A DNA stretch of 64,000 nucleotides from Pirellulales bacterium (lineage in GTDB: Bacteria; Planctomycetota; Planctomycetia; Pirellulales; PALSA-1355), in NCBI GenBank assembly GCA_963733035.1, contig CAVTBU010000007.1:672001-736000 (forward strand). Reading direction: 5' to 3'. Position 1 is the stretch's first letter. Each line of letters opens with the position of its first letter. Position numbers and translations under genes: made by a program. Of the stretch, positions 11,660 to 22,628 are shown piece after piece. Below the pieces are notes generated by a model. The model made no database searches and was not told where the DNA came from. It saw nothing but the letters and a program-made list of their open reading frames with translations.

Positions 11660-14653
11660 GTGAAAGTCATTCGCACTCTTGCCGCGATCGTAGTCGGTCT
11701 GGCCGTTCTGTCGTCGCAACGCATCGTGGCTGACGATGAAATCAAACCCATCGCTATTACCGAGATCAAACGCGATGCGCCGGTCGATTTCGAAAAAGAA
11801 GTGCTGCCGGCCCTGACGAAGAACTGCGTTGCCTGCCACAACGCCAAGGAGGCGGAGTCCGACCTGGTACTGGAAACTCCGCAGTCGATTCTCAAAGGCG
11901 GCTACTCGGGCCCCGCCATCGTGCCTGGCAAGAGCGGGGAAAGTCTGCTGCTCAAACTCGCCTCGCACCAAGATGAGCCACTAATGCCTCCGGCGGATAA
12001 CGGCGTCGATGCCGTCGCGCTGTCGAGCGAACAACTCGGTCTCATCAAACGCTGGATCGACGAGGGAGCTAAAGGGGAAGTCACGGCGAAGGACGCCCCG
12101 CTCGCATGGCAGTCGTTGCCGCCCGGGATGAACCCAATCTATGCCGTGGCCGTGACGCCGGACGGTCAATACGCCGCCTGTGGCCGCGCGAACCAGATCT
12201 TCATCTACCATGTCGCGTCCGGACAACTGCTCACGCGGCTGACCGATCCATCTTTGGTTGAAAGGGGCCTGTACAAGAGTCACGGTGTGGCCCACCTCGA
12301 CCTGGTGCAATCCCTGGCCTTTAGTCCGGACGGTCAGACGCTGGCTTCCGGCGGCTTTCGCGAAGTGAAACTTTGGCATCGACCCAGCGACGTGCGCATT
12401 GCGGACTTACCCGCCAGCGGCAGCGCGGTGCGATCGCTGGCCGTTCGTGCTGACGGTCAATGGGTTGCCATGGGTGAAGCCTCCGGCGAAATCAAGCTCT
12501 GGGATCTCAGCACCCTTAAAGATCCCAAGACACTCGCCGGACATAGCGCCGCGGTCACTTCGGTGGCCTTCCTTCCCGATAGCGGCAGACTCGTTTCGGG
12601 TTCGGAAGACAAGACCGCGCGATTGTGGAACGTGGCGGACGGAGGCCTAATCGCCCAAGTGGAAACGCCGGCGGCAATTCTTTCGTTGGCCGTGATTGCC
12701 GACGGGGCACAAGTGGCCTCTGGCCATGCCGACAACCTGATTCGCCGCTGGACGTTGCCCGCCGGTGAAGCCAAGGAAATCGTCGCGGCGGGCGAAATCA
12801 GCGGACACACCGGCGCGGTGACTGGGCTGGCCGCGTCGCCCGCCGAGAAGACGCAGCTTGTTTCCGGTTCCGCCGATGGCACGGTGCGGCAATGGAACCT
12901 GGAAAAGAACGAACAAATTCGAGAGATCAAGCACGGGGCGGCAGTCACGGCATTGGCGGTCCGACCAGACGGAAAACAGATCGCCTCGGCCGCAGCCGAC
13001 AACTTGATCAAACTCTGGAACGCTGCGGACGGCAGTCCTTGGGCGTCGCCCGACAAGCAGCCGATTGCCGAAATGAAGGGGGACTTTCGAGCCCAATTTC
13101 ATCTTGCCCAACTCGATCGAGACCTGGCGGCGATGAATGCTCGGGTGGCCGATCACAAAAAGGCGCTCGCTGACGCCGAGGCCAAGATTATCAGTTCGGC
13201 CAATGCCGTCACGTCGACGCAGACGGCCAAGGACACGTCCGCCAAGACACTCAAGGAAAAGCAAGACGCCGTTAAGGCACCGACGGACGCCAAGGCCGCA
13301 GCCGACAAGGCGCTAGCCGATGCGAACGTTGCCGCCAAGGCCGCATCCGACAGTGCCGCGCAGGCCAAGGCTGCCGCGGACGCGGACGCAAAGAATGCCG
13401 ACCTGGCCAAGGCCGCGGAGGAAGCCAAAAAAGCTGCCGATGCGGCGGCGGCCGCGGTGAAAGAAGCGGAGAAAAAAGCCACCGAGGCAGACGCCGCACT
13501 GAAGAAAGCCAATCAGGAAGTTGCGTCGGCCGATGCCGCCAACACGGCCGCAGTGCAAGCGGCAGCCACGGCCGTTGTGAACGTCAAGAAGGCCGTCAAT
13601 GAGGTACCCCGGGCGGAACAAACGCTGAAGGAAACCGAAGCCGCACTTGCCACGGTGCAAGCCGCCGATGAAGCGGCCAAGGTAGCGGCAACCGCGGCCG
13701 ACAAGCCGGTTCGGTCGCTCGTCTATTCCGCCGACGGACAACAACTTCTCAGCGCCGGCGAGAACAATTTGGTTCGCACCTGGATGAGTGACACGGGGGC
13801 TCCGGTCGATACCTTTGCGGGCCATGCCGGCGCTGTGCTTGCCGCGGCCTACACGCCGCAAGGCATTCTCTCCACCTCGGAGGACGGCGCTGCGATCGTC
13901 TGGAATGCCAATCCTGGCTGGTCGCTAGCACGCACCATCGGCAATTCCGACGATCCATCGACATTTGGCGATCGAGTGACCGCCCTGGCCTTCAGTCCTG
14001 ACGGCAAGCTTCTTGCCACCGGCGGCGGTGAGCCGTCGCGCGCTGGCGAATTAAAGCTGTTCAATGTGGCCGACGGTACGCTCGCCTTGGAAATCCCTGA
14101 CGCGCACAGCGACACCGTCTTCGGACTGGAATTCTCGCCCGATGGTCAGTATCTCGCCTCGTCGGCTGCCGACCGTTTCGTCAAGGTGTTCAAGCTGGCC
14201 GACGGCAAGCTGTCCAAGAGCTTCGAAGGCCACACCCATCACGTGCTCGACGTGTCTTGGAAGTCGGACGGCAAGGTGCTTGCCAGCGGTGGTGCGGACA
14301 ACGTGATCAAAGTCTGGAACTTCGAAACGGGCGATCAGATTCGCACGACCGCCGGCTTTGACAAAGAAGTCACGTCGCTGGCTTTTGTCGGTACTTCGCC
14401 GCAGGTATTGGCCAGCTCGGGCGACAAGACCGTGAGACTGGTGAACACCGACAACGGCAAGATGGATCGGACATATTCCGGTTCGCAGGACTTCATGTAC
14501 TCGACCGCCACCACGGCCGACGGTCGGTTGGCGATCTCCGGCGGACAGGACAGCACGTTGTTTATCTGGCTGGTTGGAGACGGGCAGCTACTTAAGTCGT
14601 TCGCGGCCCCCAAGCCGGACGATGCCACGGCGGAACAAACGGCCGGCAATTAG
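11660..14653 (+). CDS. Planctomycete cytochrome c domain + WD40 repeat protein with long Ala/Lys-rich coiled-coil insert
   Basis: Signal peptide; VDF.KEVLP.L..NCVACH...MPP...WIDEGA (PSCyt1); many GH...W(D/N) WD40 repeats; low-complexity AKAAAD-rich segment at ~13090-13700. Confidence 0.85.
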   Translation: MKVIRTLAAIVVGLAVLSSQRIVADDEIKPIAITEIKRDAPVDFEKEVLPALTKNCVACHNAKEAESDLVLETPQSILKGGYSGPAIVPGKSGESLLLKLASHQDEPLMPPADNGVDAVALSSEQLGLIKRWIDEGAKGEVTAKDAPLAWQSLPPGMNPIYAVAVTPDGQYAACGRANQIFIYHVASGQLLTRLTDPSLVERGLYKSHGVAHLDLVQSLAFSPDGQTLASGGFREVKLWHRPSDVRIADLPASGSAVRSLAVRADGQWVAMGEASGEIKLWDLSTLKDPKTLAGHSAAVTSVAFLPDSGRLVSGSEDKTARLWNVADGGLIAQVETPAAILSLAVIADGAQVASGHADNLIRRWTLPAGEAKEIVAAGEISGHTGAVTGLAASPAEKTQLVSGSADGTVRQWNLEKNEQIREIKHGAAVTALAVRPDGKQIASAAADNLIKLWNAADGSPWASPDKQPIAEMKGDFRAQFHLAQLDRDLAAMNARVADHKKALADAEAKIISSANAVTSTQTAKDTSAKTLKEKQDAVKAPTDAKAAADKALADANVAAKAASDSAAQAKAAADADAKNADLAKAAEEAKKAADAAAAAVKEAEKKATEADAALKKANQEVASADAANTAAVQAAATAVVNVKKAVNEVPRAEQTLKETEAALATVQAADEAAKVAATAADKPVRSLVYSADGQQLLSAGENNLVRTWMSDTGAPVDTFAGHAGAVLAAAYTPQGILSTSEDGAAIVWNANPGWSLARTIGNSDDPSTFGDRVTALAFSPDGKLLATGGGEPSRAGELKLFNVADGTLALEIPDAHSDTVFGLEFSPDGQYLASSAADRFVKVFKLADGKLSKSFEGHTHHVLDVSWKSDGKVLASGGADNVIKVWNFETGDQIRTTAGFDKEVTSLAFVGTSPQVLASSGDKTVRLVNTDNGKMDRTYSGSQDFMYSTATTADGRLAISGGQDSTLFIWLVGDGQLLKSFAAPKPDDATAEQTAGN

Positions 14654-14672
14654 GGAGGCGCTTCGGTCGAGC

Positions 14673-15926
14673 TTACTTGGCTTCGCCCAGCAGTTCCAGG
14701 CGCAGCAGGTTGAGCGCGGCTTTGGCGGCTCGCGGAATCCAGATCGACGGGTGTCCGGCCAAGGTCGAGGCCTTGACCGTGACCTTGTCAGGTGTTGCCA
14801 GCGCGAAGTAGTACGGCGTTTCAGGGTCGTTGGCTCCCTCGGCCGGAAAAGGTCCGACCGCTAGCGCATAGTCCGCACCGCTGTGCTTGCGGCACATGGC
14901 AGCCATCGCTTCGGCCACTTCTCGCGACTCCGCCCCACAACGGTCGATTAGATCGCCCGAGTCTCCCAGTTCACGTCCCAACATCGCGGAGCTGCAAACC
15001 ACGTGTCCGCCGAGGTAGTGCGGGTCCGCGCAGCCGGCACGGCTCAGCCACTGTGCAATGGCGCCCTCGGTGCCGGATTCAATCGTGCAGAGCGTCTTGT
15101 CCGTGCTGGCCAGTAGCCGTACGACGGCGTCTTCCAGTTCCTCGTCTTCCTCGCCAAACACGAGGTTGCCCAAGCACTCGTGGATGGTCGTCACCGTCGG
15201 TTCGATCGCTGCCAGGCATTCCTCGGGCGTGCTGCCAGCGGCCGTGATGCGGAGCGTAATCGTCGCTGCCGAAACGGTGATGCCCACCGCGGGGCTCCGG
15301 CCACGCCGAATCAAGTCGGGTAGCATCTGTTCGACGTGACTTTCGCCCGCGCCGAACACCTTGACCCGCCGGTGGCGAATGACCCTTGGCACTTCACTGG
15401 AGGACAATACGGCCGGCGCGACGGTTGCACGAAACATCTCAAACATTTCGGCTGGCACACCTGGCAATGCGAAGACATGACACGTACGGCCCGCCGCCCG
15501 CTCAATATCGAGCCAAATGCCGGGAGCCGTGCCGTTTGGGTTGTGGATGATCCGACTTCCTTCGGGAAACATTGCCTGCACTCGGTTACGCTCGGGCATG
15601 TCTCGTTTGAATCGAGCGAACAGTCCCTTGATGTACTCGAGCGATGCTTCGTCCAGCACAAGCGGCCGTTGAACGACAGCCGACAGAGCTTCGCGCGTCA
15701 GATCGTCCGCCGTGGGACCTAGCCCGCCCGTCGCAACGACAATGTCGGCACGGCCGGCAGCCGTTTGAAACACGTCAATATTCGCCTGGAGGTCATCGGC
15801 GACCGTCGTGTGGTACAGGACGCGCACGCCGAGTTCACCAAGTCGTTCACTGATCCATTGACTGTTGGTGTCGAGGCGCTGTCCACTGGTAAGTTCGTCG
15901 CCAATTGAGATCACTTCGGCAATCAT
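14673..15926 (-). CDS. cinA: CinA family (MoCF-like pyrophosphatase + NMN deamidase-like domain)
   Basis: IGDELTSGQRLDTN, GGLGPTADDLT, NPNGTAPG and LPGVPAEM motifs; C-terminal ESGTEG domain is divergent. Confidence 0.9.
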   Translation of the reverse strand: MIAEVISIGDELTSGQRLDTNSQWISERLGELGVRVLYHTTVADDLQANIDVFQTAAGRADIVVATGGLGPTADDLTREALSAVVQRPLVLDEASLEYIKGLFARFKRDMPERNRVQAMFPEGSRIIHNPNGTAPGIWLDIERAAGRTCHVFALPGVPAEMFEMFRATVAPAVLSSSEVPRVIRHRRVKVFGAGESHVEQMLPDLIRRGRSPAVGITVSAATITLRITAAGSTPEECLAAIEPTVTTIHECLGNLVFGEEDEELEDAVVRLLASTDKTLCTIESGTEGAIAQWLSRAGCADPHYLGGHVVCSSAMLGRELGDSGDLIDRCGAESREVAEAMAAMCRKHSGADYALAVGPFPAEGANDPETPYYFALATPDKVTVKASTLAGHPSIWIPRAAKAALNLLRLELLGEAK

Positions 15927-15960
15927 GGAATGCTTTCACGTGAATAGATCGGATGATTTG

Positions 15961-16623
15961 TCATGAGGTGTTGGACTTTGCCGCAATGGTATCCAGAAAG
16001 TCCTGGCCGTGGGCGTATTGGGTGTTGATTGGCACGCCCGCCTTGCAGAGGGGGCAGTGGGCCGCGGGCCAGCTGGGAATGTCGTGTTCCAGTAGAAAAA
16101 GATAGCGCTCGACTCCAAGGCTAGCGGCATCGACGTTTCCGCGGTCGACAATGGCGGCCGCCCCCACCACATTGCCACCGCACTGTTCGACTGCCTTCAC
16201 GGTTTGACGGATCGAGTAACCGGTGTTCACGACATCGTCGACGACGAGCACGTTTTTCCCTTTGATCATCTGATCGTATCCGCGATGCAACGCGAATCTT
16301 CCGCGCAACTCGCTTGGAGAGCGCGGAGAATTGTGCTCGGCAAACACGGCTGGCAAATGGAGTGCGTGCCCCGTCCACTGGGCCACGATGAGGCCGCCGG
16401 TCGCCGGACCGCAGAGCATGTCCGCGCCGAGATCCTGAACAGCACCGGCCAGCAGTTGCCCCAATCGTGCGGTGCGGGTCAAATCGACGAAGATCACGTC
16501 CTTGTCGATCCAGCCGCTGCCGTGGTCGCCGGAAACGTAAACAAAATGGTCGTTCGCCAGGATCGCCTCTGCCGTCGTAAGTATCTGGCGGGTTTCGTCG
16601 GCGGCTGATGAATTGGAAGGCAT
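15961..16623 (-). CDS. Type I phosphoribosyltransferase, orotate PRT-like
   Basis: HF.YVSGDHG, GPATGG, PRPP motif VLVVDDVVNTGYS, C-terminal CPLC. Confidence 0.8.
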   Translation of the reverse strand: MPSNSSAADETRQILTTAEAILANDHFVYVSGDHGSGWIDKDVIFVDLTRTARLGQLLAGAVQDLGADMLCGPATGGLIVAQWTGHALHLPAVFAEHNSPRSPSELRGRFALHRGYDQMIKGKNVLVVDDVVNTGYSIRQTVKAVEQCGGNVVGAAAIVDRGNVDAASLGVERYLFLLEHDIPSWPAAHCPLCKAGVPINTQYAHGQDFLDTIAAKSNTS

Positions 16624-16765
16624 CGGCTTGCGGCTCCAGGAGTTCTCCATTGTGCCAAGTGCGGGTGTCGTTGGCCAAGGGGCTGCGGTGAAGCGGCCAC
16701 CAGGCGTATAACGCTTGCGCACACGGGGGGTGGGCCGGTATACTGTTGCGTAAAGGGCAAGGCGT

Positions 16766-19296
16766 ATGGCACGGGTCGAACTACCGATCGAAGGCATGAC
16801 GTGCAGCCACTGCGTGCGCACGGTGGTCGATGCCCTGCAGAAGGTGCCCGGCGTTCGCTCGGCCACCGTGAGCCTGGCGGATAAGAAAGCCGTTGTCGAC
16901 GTGGAGAACGGTCAGGTTTCTCGCGGCGATCTGGCTGCGGCCGTTGCCCTGGCCGGCTATCGAGTACGCGGCGCGCAGCCGCCGAGCACTGTGCAGATAT
17001 CGAGTGGTCCACCCTCGCCGTCGGCCCTGGTGAAAGACATCGAACCACTGGCGGCGCCAGCGGCTTCGCCCAAACAAAGACGCCCGGCCGACGCCAACGA
17101 GCCTGGCGTGATGTTGAACATCGACGGAATGACGTGCGCGAGTTGCGTGGCAAGAGTCGAGAAAGCGCTCGCAGCGGTTTCTGGTGTCAGCGCCGCACGC
17201 GTCAATCTGGCGACCAACCAGGCTTCCGTCCAATTTGGCGACAAACCGGCCTCGCTGGCGGACTTGATATCCGCGGTGGAGCGGGTTGGCTATGAAGCCG
17301 CGCCGGCAGGCACGCCGGCGGACGCGGGGGCCGATCTGGCCGATCGCTCAGAACGTGAGCTCTTCCGTTGGCGCTGGCGCCTGTGGGTGGGTGCGGCATT
17401 GCTCCTTCCGCTCGTGGCGTTGCACTTTTGGAAACCGTCTGGCCCAGCGGCGACGTGGGTGCAGTTTGTTTGCGCCACCTTGCTGCAAGTGGTTGTCGGG
17501 TGGCCGTATTATGTCGGCGCCCTCAAGCGGGCTCGATACCTGTCGACGAACATGGATACGCTGGTCACGATCGGCACGTTGGCCGCTTATGGAGCCGGGG
17601 TCTTTGGGCTGTTTGCATCTGAGCACGCGGCGCACGGCCGGCCGATGTATTTGATGGACGCTGGCATGATCCTTGTGTTCATTACGCTGGGCAAGTATCT
17701 CGAAGCCCGCGCCAAGGGACGTGCATCGGCGGCGATTCGCAAACTACTTGATCTCGCACCGCCCGAGGCATTCGTCAGGCGAGGCGGCCAACTTGTGGGC
17801 GTGACGCCCGCTCAGGTCCGCGTGGGTGAAATTCTCGTCGTGCGGCCGGGTGAAAAGGTACCGCTCGATGCCGAAGTGACCAGCGGCAGTTCGAGCGTCG
17901 ACGAGTCGTGGTTGACGGGCGAGTCGTTGCCCGTCGACAAGAGCCCAGGCAGCGAAATCCTGGCGGGAACGATCAACGGACAAGGTTCGCTCACTGCCCG
18001 AGTTGTTAGGCCCGCAGGTAAGACGGCGCTGGCGCAAGTCATCGACCTGGTTCGCCGCGCGCAGGAATCGAAGACTGAAATCCAACGGCTGGCCGATCGT
18101 GTCGTAGCCGTGTTCGTGCCGTTTGTCCTGCTGGTCGCCGCGATTACGCTGTTGACCTGGGGATTGGCCGCCACCGATTGGTTCGGTGGCTTGAGTGCCA
18201 TGGTCGCGGTACTCGTCGTGGCCTGTCCCTGCGCCTAGGGTTGGCAACGCCAACGGCGATTCTCGTGGCCAGCGGTCGCGGGGCCGAGATGGGAGTGCTC
18301 GTCAAAGAAGCCCACGCCCTGGAAATCGCCGGACGCGTGTCGACGGTCGTGCTCGATAAGACCGGCACGATCACAACGGGAAAACCGCAAGTGACACACG
18401 TTCTGGCTGCGAAGGGTGTGACTCCCGACCTTCTGCTGTCGACCGCCGCGGCGGCCGAACAACTCAGCCAGCATCCCTTGGCCGAACCGATCGTCGCGGC
18501 GGCCCGTCGCGAACGCCTGCAACTGCCTTCGGCCAGCGACCTGGAAGTCGTTCCGGGCCAAGGCATCCGGGTGCAAGGTCGCGACGAAATAATCTATGTG
18601 GGAAACGAACAGCTGATGGCGCTGGCCGGTGTAAATCTGGGCGCTCAGCTTGCCCAATTGAAGACCGTTCGTGCCGGTGGCGAAACACCACTCGTAGTCG
18701 CGTCTGGCAAACGCTATCTGGGCATGCTCGTGGTGGCCGACGTCATTGCACCGCACAGTCAGGAAGCCGTCGCGCAGCTCAAGAAGTTGGGCGTCGAGGT
18801 CTGGCTGCTCTCGGGTGACCACCGGACAATTGCCGAACGTATTGCCCGCGAAGTCGGCATCGAACGGTTTCGCGCCGAGGTGTTGCCGCAGGACAAGCAG
18901 GCCATGGTCGCTCAGCTACAGTCGGCTGGGCACGTCGTGGCCATGGTCGGAGACGGCATCAACGATGCACCGGCCCTCGCGGCCGCGGACTTGGGAATTG
19001 CGGTCGGAACGGGCTCCGACGTCGCGATTGAAGCCGCCGAGGTTGTCATCACGGGCGGAGATCTGCGCTCCGTGCCCAAAACGCTCCTGTTGGCCCGGGC
19101 AACGCTACGCACAATTCGACAGAACCTGGCCTGGGCCTTCCTTTACAACGTGCTGCTGATTCCGCTGGCGGCGGGAGTGTTGGTGCCGCTGGGCGGCTTT
19201 CAATTACCGAGCGTGGCCGCGGCGGGTGCGATGGCGCTATCGAGCGTTTCGGTCGTCACCAACAGCTTGTTGCTCAGAGCACGTAAGCTGAAGTAA
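16766..19296 (+). CDS. copA: Cu(I)-translocating P1B-1 ATPase (frameshift at ~18235 just after CPCA)
   Basis: Two HMA domains (GMTCSHC, GMTCASC), TGES, CPC, DKTGT, GDGINDAPAL, YN and MALSS motifs; ORFs 16766..18238 and 18178..19296 join as ACPCA-LGLATP. Confidence 0.93.
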
Positions 19297-19304
19297 TTGC
19301 GAGA

Positions 19305-20537
19305 TCAGCCGATTAGCCGCGCGGCGGGGTTCTCGATCGCTTGCACGACAGCCTGCAGGAATCGCGCGGCCGGTCCGCCATCGACCAAGCGGTGGTCGAA
19401 CGTCAGACTCAGCGTCAATTGCTCTCGCGGCTCGACCTTGCCGTTGACGCAGGCGGGAACCGATTGGATACGGCCCAAGCCGAGAATTGCACATTGTCGC
19501 CCGTTGATGATTGGCGTGAAGGCGTCGATGCCGTAGGCTCCCAGGTTGCTGATGGTAAACGTGCCTCCCTGCATTTCATCGGCGGACACTTGTCGTGCAA
19601 TTGCGCGAGTGACCAGATCTTTGGAACGGCGTGACAATTCGCGCAGCGACAGCTGATCTGCATTGTGAATCACCGGCACCATCAATCCTGCATCGGTATC
19701 GACGGCGACGCCCAGGTGCACTTCCGCAAACTGCACGCTGCCGGTATCGTCCCAGCGCGCATTGAGCGCGGGAAACTCGACCAACACCAAGGCCGTGAGC
19801 TTGCCGATCAGATCCGTGTAAGTTGGCGCGGGGACATCGGCCGACGTCTGAGAGCGAAACTGCTTGCGCAGGTTGACCAGGTTCGTGGCATCTGCCGTCG
19901 TCGTCAACGTGACCGGAGCAGTCGTTTGCCGGCTTTCGAGCATTCGGGCGGCAATCGTGCGGCGCGTGGCGGAATGCGGGACGAGATTCTCGGTCGCCGC
20001 TGTCGGCTTGCCGTTTGGTTTGGCGGCCGCGACAACGTCGCGTTCGACGACGCGGCCTGATCGGCCGGTTCCCTCCAGCGAGGTCCAGTCGACGCCCAGT
20101 TCTTTCGCCCGACGTCGGGCTCGCGGCGAACTGGGGCCTTGGGTAACTCGCGGCATAAGCGGTTCAGTCGCTGCCGCGGCGACCGCTGCCTGCTGCTTCC
20201 GAGCTTGGCGGCGCGCACTAGGACTGGCGGCTGGCGTCATCGAGCGCTTTGCCGGTGGTTTGGGTTTAGGCGTTACTTCGGCCGGTGATTCGTTTTCAGC
20301 CACGAGCAGTGCGATGACCTGGCCAACCTTCACCGTGTCGCCAGGTTGCGGCCCATCGGGCAGAAACTGCAGGATGCCCTCATCGAAGCTCTCGATCTCC
20401 TGGGCCGCTTTGTCCCCTTCGAGGACGAACAGCAGGTCTCCCTTGTTGACGCGGTCGCCGGCGGCTTTGAGCCACTCGGTAAGAGTGCCCTCTTCCATCG
20501 ACCAGCCCAGCCGCGGTACCGTTACTTCAATGGCCAT
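19305..20537 (-). CDS. 2-oxoacid/acetoin dehydrogenase E2 (dihydrolipoamide acyltransferase)
   Basis: Lipoyl domain (EGDKAAQE), PSBD-like SP.ARR motifs, GGTFTISNLG and catalytic DHRLVDG. Confidence 0.92.
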   Translation of the reverse strand: MAIEVTVPRLGWSMEEGTLTEWLKAAGDRVNKGDLLFVLEGDKAAQEIESFDEGILQFLPDGPQPGDTVKVGQVIALLVAENESPAEVTPKPKPPAKRSMTPAASPSARRQARKQQAAVAAAATEPLMPRVTQGPSSPRARRRAKELGVDWTSLEGTGRSGRVVERDVVAAAKPNGKPTAATENLVPHSATRRTIAARMLESRQTTAPVTLTTTADATNLVNLRKQFRSQTSADVPAPTYTDLIGKLTALVLVEFPALNARWDDTGSVQFAEVHLGVAVDTDAGLMVPVIHNADQLSLRELSRRSKDLVTRAIARQVSADEMQGGTFTISNLGAYGIDAFTPIINGRQCAILGLGRIQSVPACVNGKVEPREQLTLSLTFDHRLVDGGPAARFLQAVVQAIENPAARLIG

Positions 20538-20557
20538 CGCATTCGCTCCCGGGCGGC

Positions 20558-22626
20558 TTACTCTTTCAGCAATTCGGTGATGGCCGCTTGAATTTGCTCG
20601 ACGCCGGGTACGACGGCGGCCTCCAGGGTCGGGCTGTACGGTGTCGGCGAAAACGCGCCATTGAGACGCTTGATCGGAGCGTCGAGATCATTGAAGCCAA
20701 GGTCCACCACGCGGGCCGCGATCTCCGCCCCCAGGCCAAACGGAGCGAAAGCTTCATCGACGACGAGCAGTCGGCCCGTCTTGTGGACCGATTGCAGGAT
20801 CGTATCTTCGTCGAGCGGCGATACCGTACGCGGATCAATGACTTCGATGGATAAGCCGCCGCTTTCCATCGCTTGACAAGCGGCCAGTGCTTTGGGAACC
20901 ATTGCTCCCAGAGCGACGATAGTTGCATCGCTTCCCTGTCGCAGAACCGCCGCGCGGCCGAACGGAATCTCGTAGTCTTCCTCAGGCACCGGACCGCTGA
21001 GCGCCAGCAGTTCCCGCGGTTCCAAGAACAACACCGGATCGTGTGAACGGAGGGCATGGGCCAGCAGTCCCTTGGCGTCGTAGGGCGTTGAAGGCACGAC
21101 CACCCGCAGCCCCGGAAAATGGGCGTACATCGGGTAATAGTTACCCGAGTGATGCGTGGCGGCCGAATGGCCGATGCCAATGCAACCGCGAAGCAAAATC
21201 GGCATCGTAATGCGACCGCTTGACATGTACTGGATCTTGGCGATCTGGTTGATGATCTCTCCAACGGCATCGAGGACGAAGTCAGCAAACATGAAGTCCA
21301 CGACCGGCCGCGTGCCGGACATGGCGGCGCCGCCCGCCAGACCGACAAAACCGCGTTCGGCAATCGGCGTATCGCGGAGCCGTTCGGCGCCGTACAGGTC
21401 GAAAAGACCATAGGTTGTCTTGAAGTTGCCGCCTCGTTTTCCGATGCCTTCGCCGAGGACGAAGATCGCCGGATCGCGCTGCATGGCCGATGAAAGCGCC
21501 TCCCACGTGGCTTGCATATAAGTAGCTTCACGCGGGCACGAATCGTGCGCGGGAGCGGCCGGCGGGACGCGCGGAGTCGCGTAGACGTGCGTCGTGGCGG
21601 AATCTGCCGTCGGCCACTGGCTCGCTTCCGCAAAGGCATGGGCTTCGGCCACTTCGACGGCAAGCTCGGCGTCGATGGCATCGAGCACGTCGACGTCGAC
21701 CGTCGCCCCCTGCTCTGCTTGGGGACCAGTTAACTGCCGCCGCAACGCGGCGATCGGGCAGCGCTGCTTCCAGGCATCCACTTCTTCGCGTGTGCGATAG
21801 GTAAAATCGCCCATCCCTTCCGCGTGCGGTCGGGTGCGATATGTACGACACTCAATAAGCGTCGGCCCTTCGCCGGCGCGTGCGCGTCGCACTGCCTCGT
21901 CAGCCACACGGTAAACGGCCGCCACATCGTTGCCGTCGACGGCAATGCCTGGCATGTTGTAGATGACGCCGCGAGACGCGACGTCAGGATTCGCCGCCGA
22001 ATAGGAAAACAGCACCTCGGTCGCCACCTGATTGTTTTCGCAGACGAACAAAACTGGCAGCTTCCAGATCGAGGCCAGATTCAGGCCCTCGTGGAAAGCC
22101 CCGTTGTTCGCGGCGCCATCGCCAAAAAACGCCACGGCCACGCGGTCCGTCTTCAAGAGCTGGAAACTATAGCCCGCCCCTGCCGCCTGCAAAATGCAGG
22201 GGCCGACGATACCGCTGGTACCCATCATGCCGATCTCGGCGCGAACAGGTGCATACTGCCACCTCGGCCTCGCGAGCATCCGGTGTCGCGCCCGTAGAGT
22301 TCGGCGAACAGTTCGCGCGGCGGCAGACCCTTGGCCAAAGCGTGTCCATGCCCGCGGTGCGTACTGAACACGGCGTCGTCGGTGTTGAGATGGGCACAGA
22401 CGCCTGTGGCCACTGCTTCTTCGCCGACGTAGGTATGGCAAGCACCATGTACGAGTCCGCGGCCAAATGATTTGGCCAGTTGCTCCTCAGACAGACGAAT
22501 ACGCTGCATCGTGCGGTAGAGCTCAATCAGCGTTTCGGCAGGCAGTTCGCCGGACGTCTGCGCAACGTGAGTGACGGCTGGGCCATGTGAATGTGCTTTG
22601 CGTGCGTCGGTTGTGGATTGAGACAT
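20558..22626 (-). CDS. Fused E1 alpha/beta TPP-dependent dehydrogenase (frameshift near 22238)
   Basis: STHRGHGH and GRGGSMH (ORF 22225..23070), then GDGA...NN TPP motif, TYR..H, and beta-subunit DTPIAE.GF, HHS and DPVLFLE (ORF 20558..22441). Confidence 0.9.
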
Positions 22627-22628
22627 GG

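Noticed and set aside
13090..13700. DNA tandem repeat or CRISPR-like array
   Set aside because: The recurrent GCCAAGGCCGC-type words are codons of an Ala/Lys-rich coiled coil. I saw no constant repeat-spacer structure anywhere in the window.
16715..16744. CsoR/CueR operator in the copA promoter (G-tract before GGTATACT)
   Set aside because: Only one half-site is recognisable, with no clear palindrome and no regulator nearby; too weak to call.
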